A DNA stretch of 64,000 nucleotides from NCBI GenBank assembly GCA_034226945.1, contig CP120454.1:992001-1056000 (forward strand). Direction: 5' to 3'. The translations under genes and the position numbers were made by a program. The notes beneath the pieces were generated by a model, which did not search any database, was not told where the DNA came from, and saw only the letters and a list, made by a program, of their open reading frames with translations. The DNA comes from Picochlorum sp. SENEW3 (lineage: Eukaryota). This document shows, piece after piece, positions 1-10,433 of this stretch. The stretch's first letter is position 1. Every line of letters begins with the position of its first letter.

Positions 1-180
1 ACAATCATCATCATCGTCTTGACGGTTGTTGCAATGCTCATCTTTCTCGTGGGACCCCGCATTCTGATTGCTGCCTTGCTGTGCTTTCTCATTCGGCCGC
101 CCACTATGAGGAGTCCATGGACGCCAGGCCCGATCTCTCTGTTCCTGAAACTTCCTACCCGTGGCGAGCGTTTGGCATAA
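1..180 (+). CDS. 3' end of a membrane protein, probably MCTP/QUIRKY-like (PRT_C C-terminus); 5' part lies outside the window
   Basis: Frame 1 is open from nt 1 to TAA 178-180: hydrophobic stretch then RPPTMRSPWTPGPISLFLKLPTRGERLA*, resembling the plant MCTP tail (R..P.P..FF.RLP.R.D..L). TGTAA follows at ~203. Confidence 0.6.
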   Translation, partial: TIIIIVLTVVAMLIFLVGPRILIAALLCFLIRPPTMRSPWTPGPISLFLKLPTRGERLA

Positions 181-401
181 CTTTTACACTGTCTAAAAAA
201 ACTGTAATATTCCTTCAACTCTCTCAAAACCAGCCCCAAAGAGACATTTGTTTTATCTCTACCTTCACTCAGATACTAGTTATATAGGATTATATATCTG
301 AGCGAGCGTGTGGTACTGGACACGTTTTTTGCTGATAGGTAGACCACTAGTGCAGTACTGCAAAGGATTGGACTACTGACAGTCACCTTCTCCCACATGG
401 G

Positions 402-484
402 GGCCCTACTTCTCTGTTCCTCAAACTCCCTACGCGTGGCGAGCGATTGGCATAATTTTTACACATTCTAAACTGTAATATGCT
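402..484 (+). repeat. Diverged direct copy of nt ~127-213 (last 18 codons, stop and TGTAA of the upstream gene)
   Basis: ggccctacttctctgttcctcaaactccctacgcgtggcgagcgattggcataa vs ggcccgatctctctgttcctgaaacttcctacccgtggcgagcgtttggcataa; both followed by ttttacac...actgtaatat. Confidence 0.9.
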
Positions 485-542
485 TGTTTGATATCTAGAA
501 ATACCAGAAACACGTGCTTTTTTCAACGTGAATACAATAACT

Positions 543-1548
543 ATGGGAGCAACGGACGACGAGGCTTTTTCCGTTGCTGATCTGTTTCAGGGCAGTCGAG
601 AGGATATTGAAACTATTAATGGTAAAATAAGTGTCACAATCTACGGGGATCGCACGAAAACTCCCTGTATTGCGTACCCTGAAGTAGGTGTGAACCACCA
701 AACTTGCTTTCAGAGCCTTTTTGTGGCGAGCGGACCTCAGTCTTTGATATTGAAGAATTTTTATACGATTTTTATTGATCCACCTGGTTGCGAGGTATGA
801 TGAATGCGTCCATAGCGCTACTAGGCCTGTTATTATTAAAGGGACTACTACTTTTCTGCAGCCAAATGCTCAACGAGATGCAAGACAGAGACTCTCCATG
901 AATCAACTGATATCTCAGATTGATGATGTCATCTCCAAGTTTGGAATAAAAGAATGCCTCGGCCTCGGTGTCGGAAATGGAGCCTATATGCTGGCCAAGT
1001 ATGCAGCAGAAAAGCCCAAGAATGCATTCATAGGTTTGATACTCATCTCTCCATCATGTAGAAAGAGTAGCTGGTGGGAGTGGGTAACAGGATCAATCAC
1101 AGCATCTCGACTCACATCGTTTGGATGGTCACGAGGAGTGAAACAACACTTGATGCACAGGTTATTTTCACCTGCCACCACCCAGTATCTTGGTGGAGAC
1201 TCTGATTTGATGAAATCATTCAGACGAGAAGTACAAAAATTGGATCCTATTGCTGTGTCACACTATCTGAAATCCAGTCTTGCAAGGGAAGACATACGCC
1301 CCCATTTGAAACAGATCAAGTGCAGAGTGCTGTTGATTTTTGGAGCCCAATCAATCTATCATGGGGAGAGTATGGAGGTTGCAAGTCATGTTGACAAATC
1401 TAAATTTGCTCTTGTCGAAATTGATCGGGCAGGCGTTCTGGTCAATGAGGAAAGGCCTGCCGACCTCTTGTCTCCGTTCCAACTGTTCCTCACTGCACTT
1501 CAGCTTGAGGGATATGGCATCGGCAGTGGTGCCATTGTCGGTGAGTAG
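543..1548 (+). CDS. NDRG/NDL (Ndr family) alpha/beta-hydrolase-fold protein, 2 exons
   Basis: Exon 543-794, intron GTATGA..CTGCAG 795-861, exon 862-1548. Motifs YPEVGVNHQTCFQSLF, IDPPGCE, GLGVGNGAY, LVNEERP. Confidence 0.9.
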
Positions 1549-1767
1549 TACTGAGTATTGTGTAACTTTTTTGGTTTTACATCATGCAAAATTTTATATC
1601 ATAAGAGCTCTTTTCGTATCACATCGGCACAGTATATAATAGTAGGACATTCTATTCCTGATTCCTTCATTTTCAAATCAAAAGACTGGGAAAAGATCTC
1701 CTTGTCTTCTTCTTCTTCTTCTTTCGAGTTGAGTAGATCAAGGTTTCAATAATAATAAAGAGAATGT

Positions 1768-2880
1768 TTACTCTTCATCCACAAACCTTCCGCTTCCCTC
1801 ATTGATGGCAGCAAACAAGGTGAAGGCAATGAAGAAGAGGAGGAGTGGCTCTGTCTCGTTGAGTGGAAGTCCAGTCTCCACATCAAACTGAGCAAGGATT
1901 CCCTTTCCGGTCAAAGCCTCTCCAATCAAAGAGATGGCAAATCCAAGCTGGGCCATACGTCCAACGAACAACTCATTCTCCTTAGTGAATCCAAAGCCCT
2001 TGATTCCGAAGAAACGTCTCCAGTCCAAGACAGAGATGGATGGGTCCTGAAGAACTCCCTCTGGTCTCTCCTCAAGCTCGTCCTCATCGGCAACGAACTT
2101 TCCCTTGGTTGGGAGAAGTGCAGCAACTACGTTGAATCCAATGAGACCGAGAATGAAACCATCGACATCAGTCAATGAAAGTCCAGTCTCCAATCCAAGC
2201 TGAGCAATAGCTCCCTTTCCGGTGAGCAATTCTCCAACGATGGAAGACGCAATTCCAAGCATAGCCATGCGTCCAACAAAGAGCTCATTGCTCTTGGTGA
2301 AACCCAAAGCAACCTTGACTCCCTGCTTCTCGGTGAGTCCCAAAGTGAACTGCTGGGCCTTGATATCCTTTCCGGATGTAAGAACCTTTCCCTTTCCAGT
2401 CTGTAAATATATAGAAAGAAACAGTCAGTCATGGTCTTCCTATCGAACGTGAATATGATATCACCGGGTCAACAACCACCGCAGATTTGTGGCCACGATT
2501 CAAGATACTACTACTATACAACCCGTATCAGCAGGCGCGGTCCTATGACAGAAACTCGCACCCACAGAAATGCGACACGTTGCATAGCACATTGTGCTGT
2601 AAAGCAATTATAGTCAAACATATCCCATGGATTCGCAGTGCTGGTATGAAACCGCCACCCCTGTGTGCGGTTCCTTGGATGGCCACACGAGAACCACACA
2701 TGGCAAGATCACCCCACACCACCCCATTCAATCAACACAAACACATACCTTTGCTGGAGCTTCCTTCTTCTTGAACAATGCCAAGGTCTTTAAGGCCATT
2801 CCGCGTGGGGCTTTGTTGTTCTGAGTCTGCACTTTCAGGGCAGTTCCTCTCATAGCAGTAGACATGGTTTGCTGAATCAT
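1768..2880 (-). CDS. PSBS: Photosystem II subunit S (22 kDa, NPQ pH sensor), 2 exons
   Basis: Transit-peptide exon 2880-2749, intron 2748-2401, exon 2400-1768. Two internal repeats GFTKSNELFVGRMAMLG / GFTKENELFVGRMAQLG; C-terminus GSGRFVDEE. Confidence 0.95.
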
Positions 2881-3363
2881 CTTGTCTGTCTGAAGGAATC
2901 AAAGTAAAACAGGAGTAGAAACAAAATGTGAGTTCTTAATCAATAATGTGAAATTAAATATGAGGGTAGTAGGAAGTTCCAAGGTTTTTGATTGCAGGGT
3001 GCATCAGCCCAATGACTGACAGAATGTGGTGTTTCTGGTACTCCGGTCAAACGGCACCATCCATAGGCAATGTGGATATGAGAGAATTTTCCAGAAACAA
3101 GCCAGCTCTTATTGTTCTATAGACGCTCGTTGGCACAAGGAATGGTCATATAGTAATTCTTAACAACTATATTAGTCTTCTATATAGCTGGCGTCGTTGT
3201 GTGACACGAGTATGAGAGAGAATTGTGTTTGCAATTTTTTCAATTCAATTCTTTTCAATTATTTGGCTACCACAGACCGCTCTTGAGATTCTTTTACCCA
3301 GAGAAAACCAGAGAAAATCACATTTTGAAATACGAGTTTCATAACAATATAGTAAACGCTAGT

Positions 3364-4911
3364 ATGTCGAGGATTGTGGCCATGGGAACGGTTGGGGTGC
3401 AACGACCTTGTGTGGCTTTGCCTTGCTGTGCTGCACAGAGACCTCGTCGATACGCTGGTGTTGTCTCTAGGACTAGGAATGCACGCAGATGCACAGGAAT
3501 ATCAATGTCCAGTTTCTCACGGGACAAAGATGGCCAAGCTAGCAATGGTTTTTTAAAGGATGTGAGGCCTACAGAGGCAACTATTGCCTCTGAGGCTCTC
3601 GACTCACAGGTTCGTGGGTTGGTGGAGAAATCGATACTATCACGAAAGTATCAAGTCACAGTTGGAGATGTGGCAGCTGAAGCTGGAATACCTATATCTC
3701 AGGCTCAGCAAGCATTGACAGCGCTGGCCTCGGACTCTCAGGCAGTGTTGAAAGTTTCAGATCAGGGGGATATCGTGTATGAGTTTGCAAAAAATTTTAG
3801 GGATGTTATTAGATCAAAGTCGCTGCGTATTCGACTGGAGCCAACGGTCGAAAAGGCGAAGAATGCGTTGGCATATCTAGGCAGAGTGGCATTTGGAACA
3901 GCGTTGGTATCATCGGTTGCCATTGTGACGATTGCCCTGTCTGTGCTGGCCAGTTCGAATGATTCAAGGAATGATAATAGACGCAGTGTTCAGTATAGAC
4001 CGCCTATATACTTTAATATGATGGATTTCTTCTGGTATTTTGATCCGTGGTACTATAGAAGACCTTATTATTATCAGAAAAGACCAGATGAGATGGGGTT
4101 CCTGGAGTCGGTTTTCTCCTGTGTGTTTGGTGATGGTAACCCAAATGATGAATTTGACGCGGAAAGGTGGAATGCACTGGGTAGATTTATTCAAAGTAGA
4201 GGGGGTGTTGTGACAGCGGAAGAGGTGGCTCCGTTCTTGGATGCGACAATGGATGGGCTCAGGAAAGCGATGGACACAGACGGTGTTGTTGTAGATGAAT
4301 CATTTGTTCTCCCAGCATTAGTCAAGTTTGATGGACGAGCCGAAGTTGATGATTCTGGGAATGTCGTGTATGTGTTTCCAGAACTGCAGACATCAGCAAG
4401 GAAAACCCCAATGCCAGTTCCATATGATGCAATCTTGGAGAAGGATTGGAAGTTTACTCGGGCTACAAACGGCCAAAAGATTCTTGTTGGACTCCTTGGG
4501 CTGTTCAATTTTGTAGGGGTTGTCGCGTTGTCGGCTGCGTTGCAAAACCCAAGGAATATCTATGTCTTGGCTGTGAATGGCCTCCAGGGTGTTGTTGGGC
4601 TCATGCCGTATCTTCAAGCGTATGCTCTATCATTTGCGATAATTCCGTTTATTCGTTGGGTATCATTGAAGAAAACGAATGCAGAGATCCAGGATAGGAA
4701 TGCAGCGAGGATGACTGCAGCAAAGAGTCTACTACAACCAACGAGATCCTTGCAGCAAAAGCTAGCCTCCAAGCAAAGCAGAGCTGTCTTCAGAACCGTC
4801 CAAGACAAGGATGTGATTTATAGGAGTGATCGAAATCTTGACGAGACACAGTATAGTGAATCAGAGGCGAGTGATTGGGAAAGGAGATTTAAACAAAAGC
4901 ATTCTTCATGA
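3364..4911 (+). CDS. Conserved chloroplast membrane protein (At5g03900-like)
   Basis: Transit-like N-terminus; VTVGDVAAEAG, FGTALVSS, FLESVFSCVFGDGNPN, GGVVTAEEVAPFL, YVFPELQ motifs. Confidence 0.8.
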   Translation: MSRIVAMGTVGVQRPCVALPCCAAQRPRRYAGVVSRTRNARRCTGISMSSFSRDKDGQASNGFLKDVRPTEATIASEALDSQVRGLVEKSILSRKYQVTVGDVAAEAGIPISQAQQALTALASDSQAVLKVSDQGDIVYEFAKNFRDVIRSKSLRIRLEPTVEKAKNALAYLGRVAFGTALVSSVAIVTIALSVLASSNDSRNDNRRSVQYRPPIYFNMMDFFWYFDPWYYRRPYYYQKRPDEMGFLESVFSCVFGDGNPNDEFDAERWNALGRFIQSRGGVVTAEEVAPFLDATMDGLRKAMDTDGVVVDESFVLPALVKFDGRAEVDDSGNVVYVFPELQTSARKTPMPVPYDAILEKDWKFTRATNGQKILVGLLGLFNFVGVVALSAALQNPRNIYVLAVNGLQGVVGLMPYLQAYALSFAIIPFIRWVSLKKTNAEIQDRNAARMTAAKSLLQPTRSLQQKLASKQSRAVFRTVQDKDVIYRSDRNLDETQYSESEASDWERRFKQKHSS

Positions 4912-5041
4912 TGCTGAACAGAGATCTGGAATGCCATCCAAGATTGCTACACGTGTCAGGTTGGTTCCAGCTCCCTAGGCATTAAACCGGCTATTGAAAT
5001 ATTATTTATATTGTGAAATATCGGATTGTAAACGGTGAAAT

Positions 5042-6076
5042 ATGAGATTGGCTGGATTGGGCAGGAAATGCAGCATCGCTGTGAATTCGAAGAGATTGAC
5101 CACCAAGCCTGCGGTTGGCCAATCAAGGCCATCGAGCGGTGTATATAAGATTCAGAGATCATTAACTGGTCGTTGCAGTGCCCTTCGCCCAAACGAGACA
5201 CCCGAGGAGGCTCTGGAACGACGTCGTAGAGAAAGCGAACGGGTCGAGGAAAGGGTGACTTTTGTAAACTCGGTACCGGAACTCCAAGCACGGTTAGAAA
5301 AGGCCAAGAATCGTCTTGTTGTTATTGAAATTGAATCTGAGGCTGTCTGCCAGACAGGGTGGGAGGAAGAGGCTGAACTGCAGTGGAAGGACGACCAACG
5401 AAAAGCTATTGAACCCTGCCAGCAGTTGAAGCATACTTTCCAGAGGACTGCAAGGGACTGTCCTGATGTGGAATTTTTAATGGTGGAGGCAGAATCGGAA
5501 AATGGAGATGACCTCTGCGATTACCTCGGTGTGGATGTGCTTCCATCCCTTCAATTCTGGAGAGAAGGAGAGAAACTGTGGGAGCACAAGGGTGTTGTAG
5601 ATTTGACACAGGATCTCGGAGAGGGCGTGCTCTATTTTGGAGACGTGGCAGGAAACAACGAAAAAGCATCCACATATATCACTGATCTTGAATCTCGTGC
5701 TGAGTTGGACGAATTCGTGTCTGCAGGCGAGGATGACAAGATGCTTGTGGTCATTGATGTATCTCTCTCAGACGCATCCCCATGCGTGCATATATTCCCT
5801 GCTGTCATGGCCCTCGCAAAGAATTTTACGGGCATGGCAAAGTTTGCAAGAGTCATGGGTGACAGCACTGACGATTTTAAGCAGTTTATGGCTGATGAAA
5901 ACATCACTCAAGTACCAACATTCCTCTTCTACAGAGGGGGTAAAATGATTGGTCGCCATGTGGGAAGTTCTCGAGGTGATTTGATCGGTCAAATACTGAA
6001 GATGCAGAACGCTGCGGGTATCCCTCCTCCAATGCCACAGGGAAGCCGACAACGGCAACGACGAGCACGAGCATGA
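5042..6076 (+). CDS. CDSP32: CDSP32-like two-domain plastid thioredoxin
   Basis: Transit peptide, two Trx folds, DLGEGVLYFGD, QVPTFLFYRGG..GRHVGSSRGDLIGQIL. Confidence 0.85.
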   Translation: MRLAGLGRKCSIAVNSKRLTTKPAVGQSRPSSGVYKIQRSLTGRCSALRPNETPEEALERRRRESERVEERVTFVNSVPELQARLEKAKNRLVVIEIESEAVCQTGWEEEAELQWKDDQRKAIEPCQQLKHTFQRTARDCPDVEFLMVEAESENGDDLCDYLGVDVLPSLQFWREGEKLWEHKGVVDLTQDLGEGVLYFGDVAGNNEKASTYITDLESRAELDEFVSAGEDDKMLVVIDVSLSDASPCVHIFPAVMALAKNFTGMAKFARVMGDSTDDFKQFMADENITQVPTFLFYRGGKMIGRHVGSSRGDLIGQILKMQNAAGIPPPMPQGSRQRQRRARA

Positions 6077-6260
6077 CAGCGCTGTCTTCTCTGGTGTGAT
6101 CATGATGATTGCATGACGACAGAAATAAATCCAAATCCAGACGCATCAATCGTTGCATATGTATTCAATCATATACTTACTTATTATGAGTCTTATGTAA
6201 TCTGTTTTTTTCGTTCACAACAATACGTTTTTACTAAATTCGTTGCCCTTCTCAGGATCT

Positions 6261-6968
6261 CTAGGAGATCCTGTACACCTTTGGTTGCAAATCCCTCAGA
6301 TAATACAGCTTTGACCGACGATACTTCTTCCGTCCCCTAGCCTCTAAAACCTTCAAATCTTTTATATGCGGCGAGTAGAGAGGAAAGGTCCTCTCAATCC
6401 CTCCGTTATTGCCTATGAAATTTCTAAGAGTAAAGGATGTCCTCCATCCCCTATTCCGCTTTGCTATGCATATTCCTTTAAACACAGTCTCGCGACCTTT
6501 ATTCTGCGGAACGGCTATCTTCAACTCGATCATATCACCTGCCTTGAATGATGGGAAAGATCGCGCCGACGCAGCCTCGGCTTCTTTTTCCTTCTCGAGC
6601 AGGGTCATCATGTACCCCATCCGCTTGGGCAACGTCTTCCTTTTCCGCAACAAGCGCGTTGGCGTCCACGGCGTAACAGGCATTCCAAAATCTCTTTGTA
6701 CATATTCAGACTCGCGCTCTTCTCTAATGCTACTCTGCTTTGCCGCCGGCTCAGAAACCGATGTTGAGGAACTCAAATCTCGAGAATGCAGAAATGATAC
6801 AGGCCAAGATAAGGTATGCATCTCATCCCATGATTTTAATCCACGTAATGTGGATGCAATGGGATACATCGCCTGGGAGGAGCCGGTATTCTGGAAACTC
6901 TCAACAGAGCCTTGAAAACCCTGACGCAGAGGTCCCCAGAGACTCTGCTGTACTACGCGTCGCAACAT
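6261..6968 (-). CDS. MRPL19: Mitochondrial ribosomal protein bL19
   Basis: FKAGD..FKGICIAKRNRG..SFTLRN..GIERTFPLYSP..RRSKLYYLRD; presequence-like N-terminus. Confidence 0.92.
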   Translation of the reverse strand: MLRRVVQQSLWGPLRQGFQGSVESFQNTGSSQAMYPIASTLRGLKSWDEMHTLSWPVSFLHSRDLSSSTSVSEPAAKQSSIREERESEYVQRDFGMPVTPWTPTRLLRKRKTLPKRMGYMMTLLEKEKEAEAASARSFPSFKAGDMIELKIAVPQNKGRETVFKGICIAKRNRGWRTSFTLRNFIGNNGGIERTFPLYSPHIKDLKVLEARGRKKYRRSKLYYLRDLQPKVYRIS

Positions 6969-7283
6969 CTAGCTACTCAACTCTTTTCTCATAATTATTA
7001 TTACCGATTGGTAGCAATGATTGATTGCCTAAAGATCGATGGGTCGTTGGTCGATGAATGCGAATCTTCACCGATTGAAAGATTGCTTTGATCGGACGAC
7101 TTTTCACGTGCTCGTTGTAAGTCTCGACTGCTATCTTTGACCGTGGTCGATGCCACCAAGGTGGCCACGGCAGCATTACGTGACGGTACTGGAAGGTCAA
7201 AACTGACGAAGGGGAGGTGTCGATATGGCTTGAAGACAAATTATTTGCTACTCCCTTGTTTTGACTGATGCAGAAAAATAACC

Positions 7284-7706
7284 ATGGTGAAGACACTGCT
7301 CTCTTTTGAGGACATTGACTCGTCCCTGATAAGCCTCACGGCGCTGTCGAACGCTGCCTATTCGGCGCAGATGTTCTTCCTCCCCAAGCAACAGCACCAA
7401 CTGTACTATGAGGATCATGTGAATGAATGTCCACAATGGCAGCAATGGTGGGCTACCGGTTTGGCTATGAATACCGTGTCAGCGTTCAGTTTGACGCAAA
7501 GTTCATTGACCAAGGCACAGAAGAAGGTTGCTCTGAAAGCGTGCGGGGCGAATAATGCCCTTGCAGCTGGTATCATCGCAAAGCAAATGGCTGATGGTGA
7601 CTTTAAAAAGCCAATTGGGTTTGCCACAATCGGCTTCATTGGTCTCCAGTCTGTGGCATGCTTTGCCAGGGCATTCCGCAAGGATGATGAGGATGGGGAG
7701 AAGTAA
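7284..7706 (+). CDS. Small hypothetical membrane protein, paralog A
   Basis: 140-aa ATG-initiated ORF; near-identical paralog at 9613-10035 with the reading frame preserved. Confidence 0.8.
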   Translation: MVKTLLSFEDIDSSLISLTALSNAAYSAQMFFLPKQQHQLYYEDHVNECPQWQQWWATGLAMNTVSAFSLTQSSLTKAQKKVALKACGANNALAAGIIAKQMADGDFKKPIGFATIGFIGLQSVACFARAFRKDDEDGEK

Positions 7707-8102
7707 TGCAATGCCAGCGTGCGTTTATCGGTTGGGTTCATCGTCGCATAAATCTTTCTTGAAGTTGGATCCCTTTTGAGACTCGGCTGGTGAAAATTTC
7801 TGTATGGAGAAGTTTTGGAGCATTGGCGTTGTATGTTCTATAGGCGAAGATATGGATGCAATTTTTTTTGCATGCGACAATGAGCGTCAGTAACGTATAC
7901 ATACGATGCAATCATATTGAATCCAATCGTGCCTTTTGCTTTGCGTATTCTCCTTTTTTGTTAGTAGGCGATCGATTCAATAGAGGTGTAATACTTTCAG
8001 AGTATGTGTCAGTTGATGATGGCAATCCACCTACACACACCGTTCCAGGTCTGCCATTCAACGCCAACTACCAACTGAAGCTATCTGACCACAGCACTGC
8101 CA

Positions 8103-9300
8103 TTACGTAAATACATGAGATCTCCAGGTTGATCCGTGGATAATCACAATCACAACACTGTATGCTGCAATTAGCAATGTTTGCTTCACTGTTGTGGCAG
8201 ACGACGTGTATAGAATACCAGACCTTGATACACCATAGGGATTATATTGTTGGCATTCTTCACTGACATATCCACCGCTGGAAATAGTAGGGAGTGTCAG
8301 CATGCCATCGCATGATGCTTCATTGGCCCCCAGGGGATCTCCATCTTTGCAGTCAACAATTTCAAATGGGGGCTCCGAGTCGACACACACCTGGACGTAA
8401 CGAAGCATCATGATTTCGGGATTGCATCCAATCCAAGCTTTTTTCCCAACCACATTTGATACAGCATTCAGCAATGTATCTCTATCGACCTCCCTCTGGA
8501 CGACAGAGGTACCATTGGTGATGCCCATATCGTAAATGATCTTGTTCAGATTCACCAGAGTATATAATTTTACCATCAGGTCAAAGTACTCGCCAATAGG
8601 CAGTCCCGTGCAGCTTCCCTCGGTAATATATACATCTTTCCACAACTCTTCATTTTCGCCCGCAGAGTTTTCGAATATGCATTCCATTGCCCTTAGAGTG
8701 CTTTGAGAAAGCTGGTCTGTGACTCTCAAATCCCTGGCTTCTTGTGAGTCCTCATCCATGCATTGGATATTTCTGGCTCCGTTTTCATCAAGTTGGACAG
8801 TCATTTCACTAATTGTGAATGCGTTGACTTGTTTGCTTTCTTCGCATCCCGAAAACCCATAACAAGATGCCGGATTCCAATCCATTTCCATCTGGAAGTC
8901 CAATATCTGTTGTATTGGTTCTGGTGCAGGCTGCAATGCTTGGCTTTGCTCTGGGATCATCGTAGAATTCATCTCTTGCTTCAGAGTACGTGAGCATCTA
9001 CCGTTGCAACCGGGGACCGATTCGAATTCTTGGATGCCTTTGATTACAGCATCAGCAAGTGACTGCATCATCCATAACAGGGGGCTCTTTGGTTCAGAAA
9101 CTCTCTCATCGACATCCGTCATGGTAACTTTGCATCCATTTGTTGTGGAAAATAGTAAACAAGAGGAAATATGGATATATATTAAGAAAACGTACAGATG
9201 ATTTGCCTTGCAGCGCTCGTGCTGACACTTTTTCAAGCCCAGTGCCTAGGACTATCACGACCGCAAGTCGGGTAAACGTAGACGCAAGGAAAATTTTCAT
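8103..9300 (-). CDS. Secreted, probably anchored RNase T2-fold protein lacking catalytic histidines
   Basis: Signal-like MKIFLASTFTRLAVVIVLG from ATG 9300, probable intron ~9195-9125 (junction unresolved). T2 skeleton W-x4-C, FTI, LW..G.C, YF, C..L..V.VC; hydrophobic C-terminus. Confidence 0.65.
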
Positions 9301-9612
9301 ACTGCTTTCCAGTGTCCTCATAAATAATTCAAGATTTTTACTTTCGATGTCTCTTGAGTGCAATAGCACAAGATGAGTCTTTCCTACTACAAAGTCTCGA
9401 GATGACTCATCTCGATCAGTCTCATCACAAATTTCCGCCGACCAAAGGACCTCATGCATCGGTTGGCTCGGTGCGAGGTAGATGCACCCGTGGAGTACAA
9501 CGTCATACGACACGCATTCCACAGAGATTGGACACGACCCCATCTTCTCAGACTGTTGGTTTTCGAATATATTTTATAATCACTGTACCTTTTTAAGGAT
9601 CATACAATACGC

Positions 9613-10035
9613 ATGGTGAAGACACCTCTCTCTTTTGAGGACATTGACTCATCCCTGATAAGCCTTGCAGGTCTAACGAACGCTGCTTATTCCGCTCAGA
9701 TGTTCCTCCTCCCCAAGCAACAGCACCAACTGTACTATGAGGATCATGTGAATGAATGTCCACAATGGCAGCAATGGTGGGCTACCGGTTTGGCTATGAA
9801 TACCGTGTCAGCCTTCAGTTTTAATCCAAGGACTCTGACCAAGGCTCAGAAAAAGACTGTCCTGAAAGCTTGCGGGACAAATTATGCCATAGCAAGTGGT
9901 ATTATTGCAAAGCAAATGGCTGATGGTGACTTTAAAAAGCCAATTGGGTTTGCCACAATCGGCTTCATTGGTCTCCAGTCTATGGCATGCTTTGCCAGGG
10001 CATTCCGCAAGGATGATGAGGATGGGGAGAAGTAA
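9613..10035 (+). CDS. Small hypothetical membrane protein, paralog B
   Basis: 140-aa ORF colinear with 7284-7706. Confidence 0.8.
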   Translation: MVKTPLSFEDIDSSLISLAGLTNAAYSAQMFLLPKQQHQLYYEDHVNECPQWQQWWATGLAMNTVSAFSFNPRTLTKAQKKTVLKACGTNYAIASGIIAKQMADGDFKKPIGFATIGFIGLQSMACFARAFRKDDEDGEK

Positions 10036-10433
10036 TCCAACGTCAGCGTACGCTAATCGATTAGGTTCACCATCTCAAGTCTTACTGCAGGCAATGCCAT
10101 GGATACCACTAGGTCTGCAGCCCCATGTGTTCCATAATCCTGATCACGCCTGTTTTCCATCACGTTTGTCTAATCTAATACAAAAACACCCATCTATCAT
10201 ACCTTTTTGTCATTGTTCTATGTCTATGTGGAATTGTAAAGCGTACCATGTGTTGAAACCAGCAAATCTTGCCCTTGATCAAGGGCCCCCCCAATGATCA
10301 TAAGTTGTTGTTGTCAATGGCAAGGCCCCAGATCTGTGGGTCAACTGTTGTCATCGATCAAGATTGCCATATGCATGAATATCAAACCCCATAGGATTCA
10401 TTCAACATTTAAACGTATTTGATCATTCTGATA

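Noticed and set aside
200..250. ATATTCCT...AAACCA...ACA resembles snR30/U17 m1/m2 motifs
   Set aside because: No closing stem; the region is better explained as a 3'UTR.
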